This document shows, piece by piece, positions 56,363-57,557 of a stretch of DNA of 57,557 nt. A model generated the notes under the pieces. That model ran no database searches. It saw nothing but the letters and a program-made list of their open reading frames with translations, and was not told the origin of the DNA. Within the stretch, counting starts at the first letter, position 1, and each line of letters begins with the position of its first letter. A program made the translations under genes and the position numbers. The stretch covers positions 1-57,557 of the forward strand of contig VBOX01000056.1 in the NCBI GenBank assembly GCA_005893265.1. The letters run 5' to 3'. The stretch is from Candidatus Eiseniibacteriota bacterium. GTDB taxonomy: Bacteria > Eisenbacteria > RBG-16-71-46 > SZUA-252.

Positions 56363-56977
56363 ATGTTCCGCCTCCTGCCGACCCAGACTCGCTTCTTCGA
56401 CCTCTTCGAGGAACAGGCCAACAAGGTTCTCGAGGCGGCCCGAGCGCTCAAGGAAATGGTGGAGCATTACGAAAACGTCGATGAGAAAGCTCGTCACATC
56501 AAGCAGCTCGAGAGCGAAGGCGACAACCTCACCCACTCCATCATCGACAAGCTGAACCGGACGTTCATCACGCCTTTCGACCGGGAGGACATCCATGCCC
56601 TTGCCTCCGGGCTGGACGACGTGCTGGACAACATCGAAGGAGTTGCAAGCAGACTGGTGCTGTTCCGCGTGCGCTCGGTCACGCCCGAGGCGATCGAGCT
56701 TGTCTCCGTGATCGAACGGTCTTGCGAGGCCATCCAAACCGCGATGAGCCATTTGCGCGACCTGAAGAGCATTTCCGCCCATCTGATCAGGATCAACGAC
56801 CTCGAGAACGAGGCTGATTTCATCTCCAGGAACACGACCGCGCAGCTCTTTGAACAGGCGAGCGATTTCCGCGAACTGATCAAGTGGAAGGAGCTGTATG
56901 GACGCCTTGAAGCGACGACCGATGACTGCGAGGACGTGGCGAACATCCTGGAGGGGATTGCCGTCAAGAACAACTGA
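56363..56977 (+). CDS. DUF47 / PhoU-like phosphate transport regulator
   Basis: FFDLF, LE..GD, TFITPFDREDI, ENEAD; lies upstream of PiT. Confidence 0.92.
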   Translation: MFRLLPTQTRFFDLFEEQANKVLEAARALKEMVEHYENVDEKARHIKQLESEGDNLTHSIIDKLNRTFITPFDREDIHALASGLDDVLDNIEGVASRLVLFRVRSVTPEAIELVSVIERSCEAIQTAMSHLRDLKSISAHLIRINDLENEADFISRNTTAQLFEQASDFRELIKWKELYGRLEATTDDCEDVANILEGIAVKNN

Positions 56978-57016
56978 CGCGCCTCGTGCCGCACGACACC
57001 CCCTCGTGACGACTCC

Positions 57017-57557
57017 GTGACGACCTACGTTCTGGTCATCATCGTGCTCGCTCTCCTGTTCGATTTTCTGAACGGGTTCCACGACGCCGCCAACTCGATT
57101 GCCACCGTCGTCTCGACGCGCGTCCTGACCCCGGGGATCGCGGTTGTCTGGGCGGCGGCATTCAACTTCCTCGCCGTCTATATCCTGGGGCTCGCGGTCG
57201 CCGCCACGGTCGGTAAGGGCATCGTCACACCTGGAGCGGTCAACAACCACGTCATCATCGCCGCCTTGACGGGAGCCACGCTCTGGAATCTCCTGACATG
57301 GTGGCTCGGACTGCCGACCTCTTCGTCCCACGCGCTCGTGGGCGGGCTCGTGGGCGCCGCCCTCTGCCATGCCGGACCAGGCGCCATCGTGGCCAGCGGG
57401 GTCCAGAAGACGGTTCTGTTCATCTTCATCTCCCCGTTCGCGGGGCTTTTCCTGGGTTACGCGAACATGGTCGCGGTCTCCTGGATCTTCCGCAAAACGG
57501 CGCCGAGCCGCGTCGACCAACTGTTCCGCAGGCTTCAAATCGTTTCCGCGGCGCTCT
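57017..57557 (+). CDS. pit: inorganic phosphate transporter (PiT family), 3' end outside window
   Basis: Manual translation: FDFLNGFHDAANSIATVVSTR...GLPTSSSHALVGG. Confidence 0.93.
   Translation, partial: MTTYVLVIIVLALLFDFLNGFHDAANSIATVVSTRVLTPGIAVVWAAAFNFLAVYILGLAVAATVGKGIVTPGAVNNHVIIAALTGATLWNLLTWWLGLPTSSSHALVGGLVGAALCHAGPGAIVASGVQKTVLFIFISPFAGLFLGYANMVAVSWIFRKTAPSRVDQLFRRLQIVSAAL

Noticed and set aside
57005-57024. 9-bp direct repeat CGTGACGAC at the pit start
   Set aside because: Too short, and no element lies between the copies.

Overview
High-GC chromosomal region of a diderm (LPS-making) bacterium, with almost all genes on the minus strand. The FlgD-Ig/T9SS-like C-terminal domains, PorV and GWxTD genes suggest an FCB-group lineage such as Ca. 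Eisenbacteria; this is inference, not proven. From left to right: (1) a long, tightly coupled run kdsB-pyrG-kdsA-kdsD-lptC-lptB-rpoN-hpf-hprK-Man-PTS(IIA, IIB, GH57, IIC, IID)-ptsH-ptsI-PGI/PMI-nucleotidyltransferase-metK-ahcY-ftsK; (2) an outer-membrane hypothetical, mdh, rpmA, rplU, RNase E/G and a radical SAM protein; (3) mreBCD-mrdA-rodA-lgt-aroE-comF; (4) a secreted hypothetical, rhomboid-TPR and gdhA; (5) an envelope island: TonB-dependent receptor, ~995-aa CTD protein, PorV, dacB and ldcA, plus a FadL-like barrel, Fur, GWxTD and an LVIVD/CTD protein; (6) DUF47 and a partial PiT transporter. I saw no tRNA, rRNA, CRISPR array or mobile element. The best candidate for an uncharacterised system is the TBDR/CTD-protein/PorV unit coupled to peptidoglycan peptidases. 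Four genes (metK, kdsA, lgt, porV) each lack roughly 30-40 codons at a sharp junction, most likely collapsed assembly gaps. A 29-bp CRYAAGT...TTAYG motif recurs at three promoter regions.
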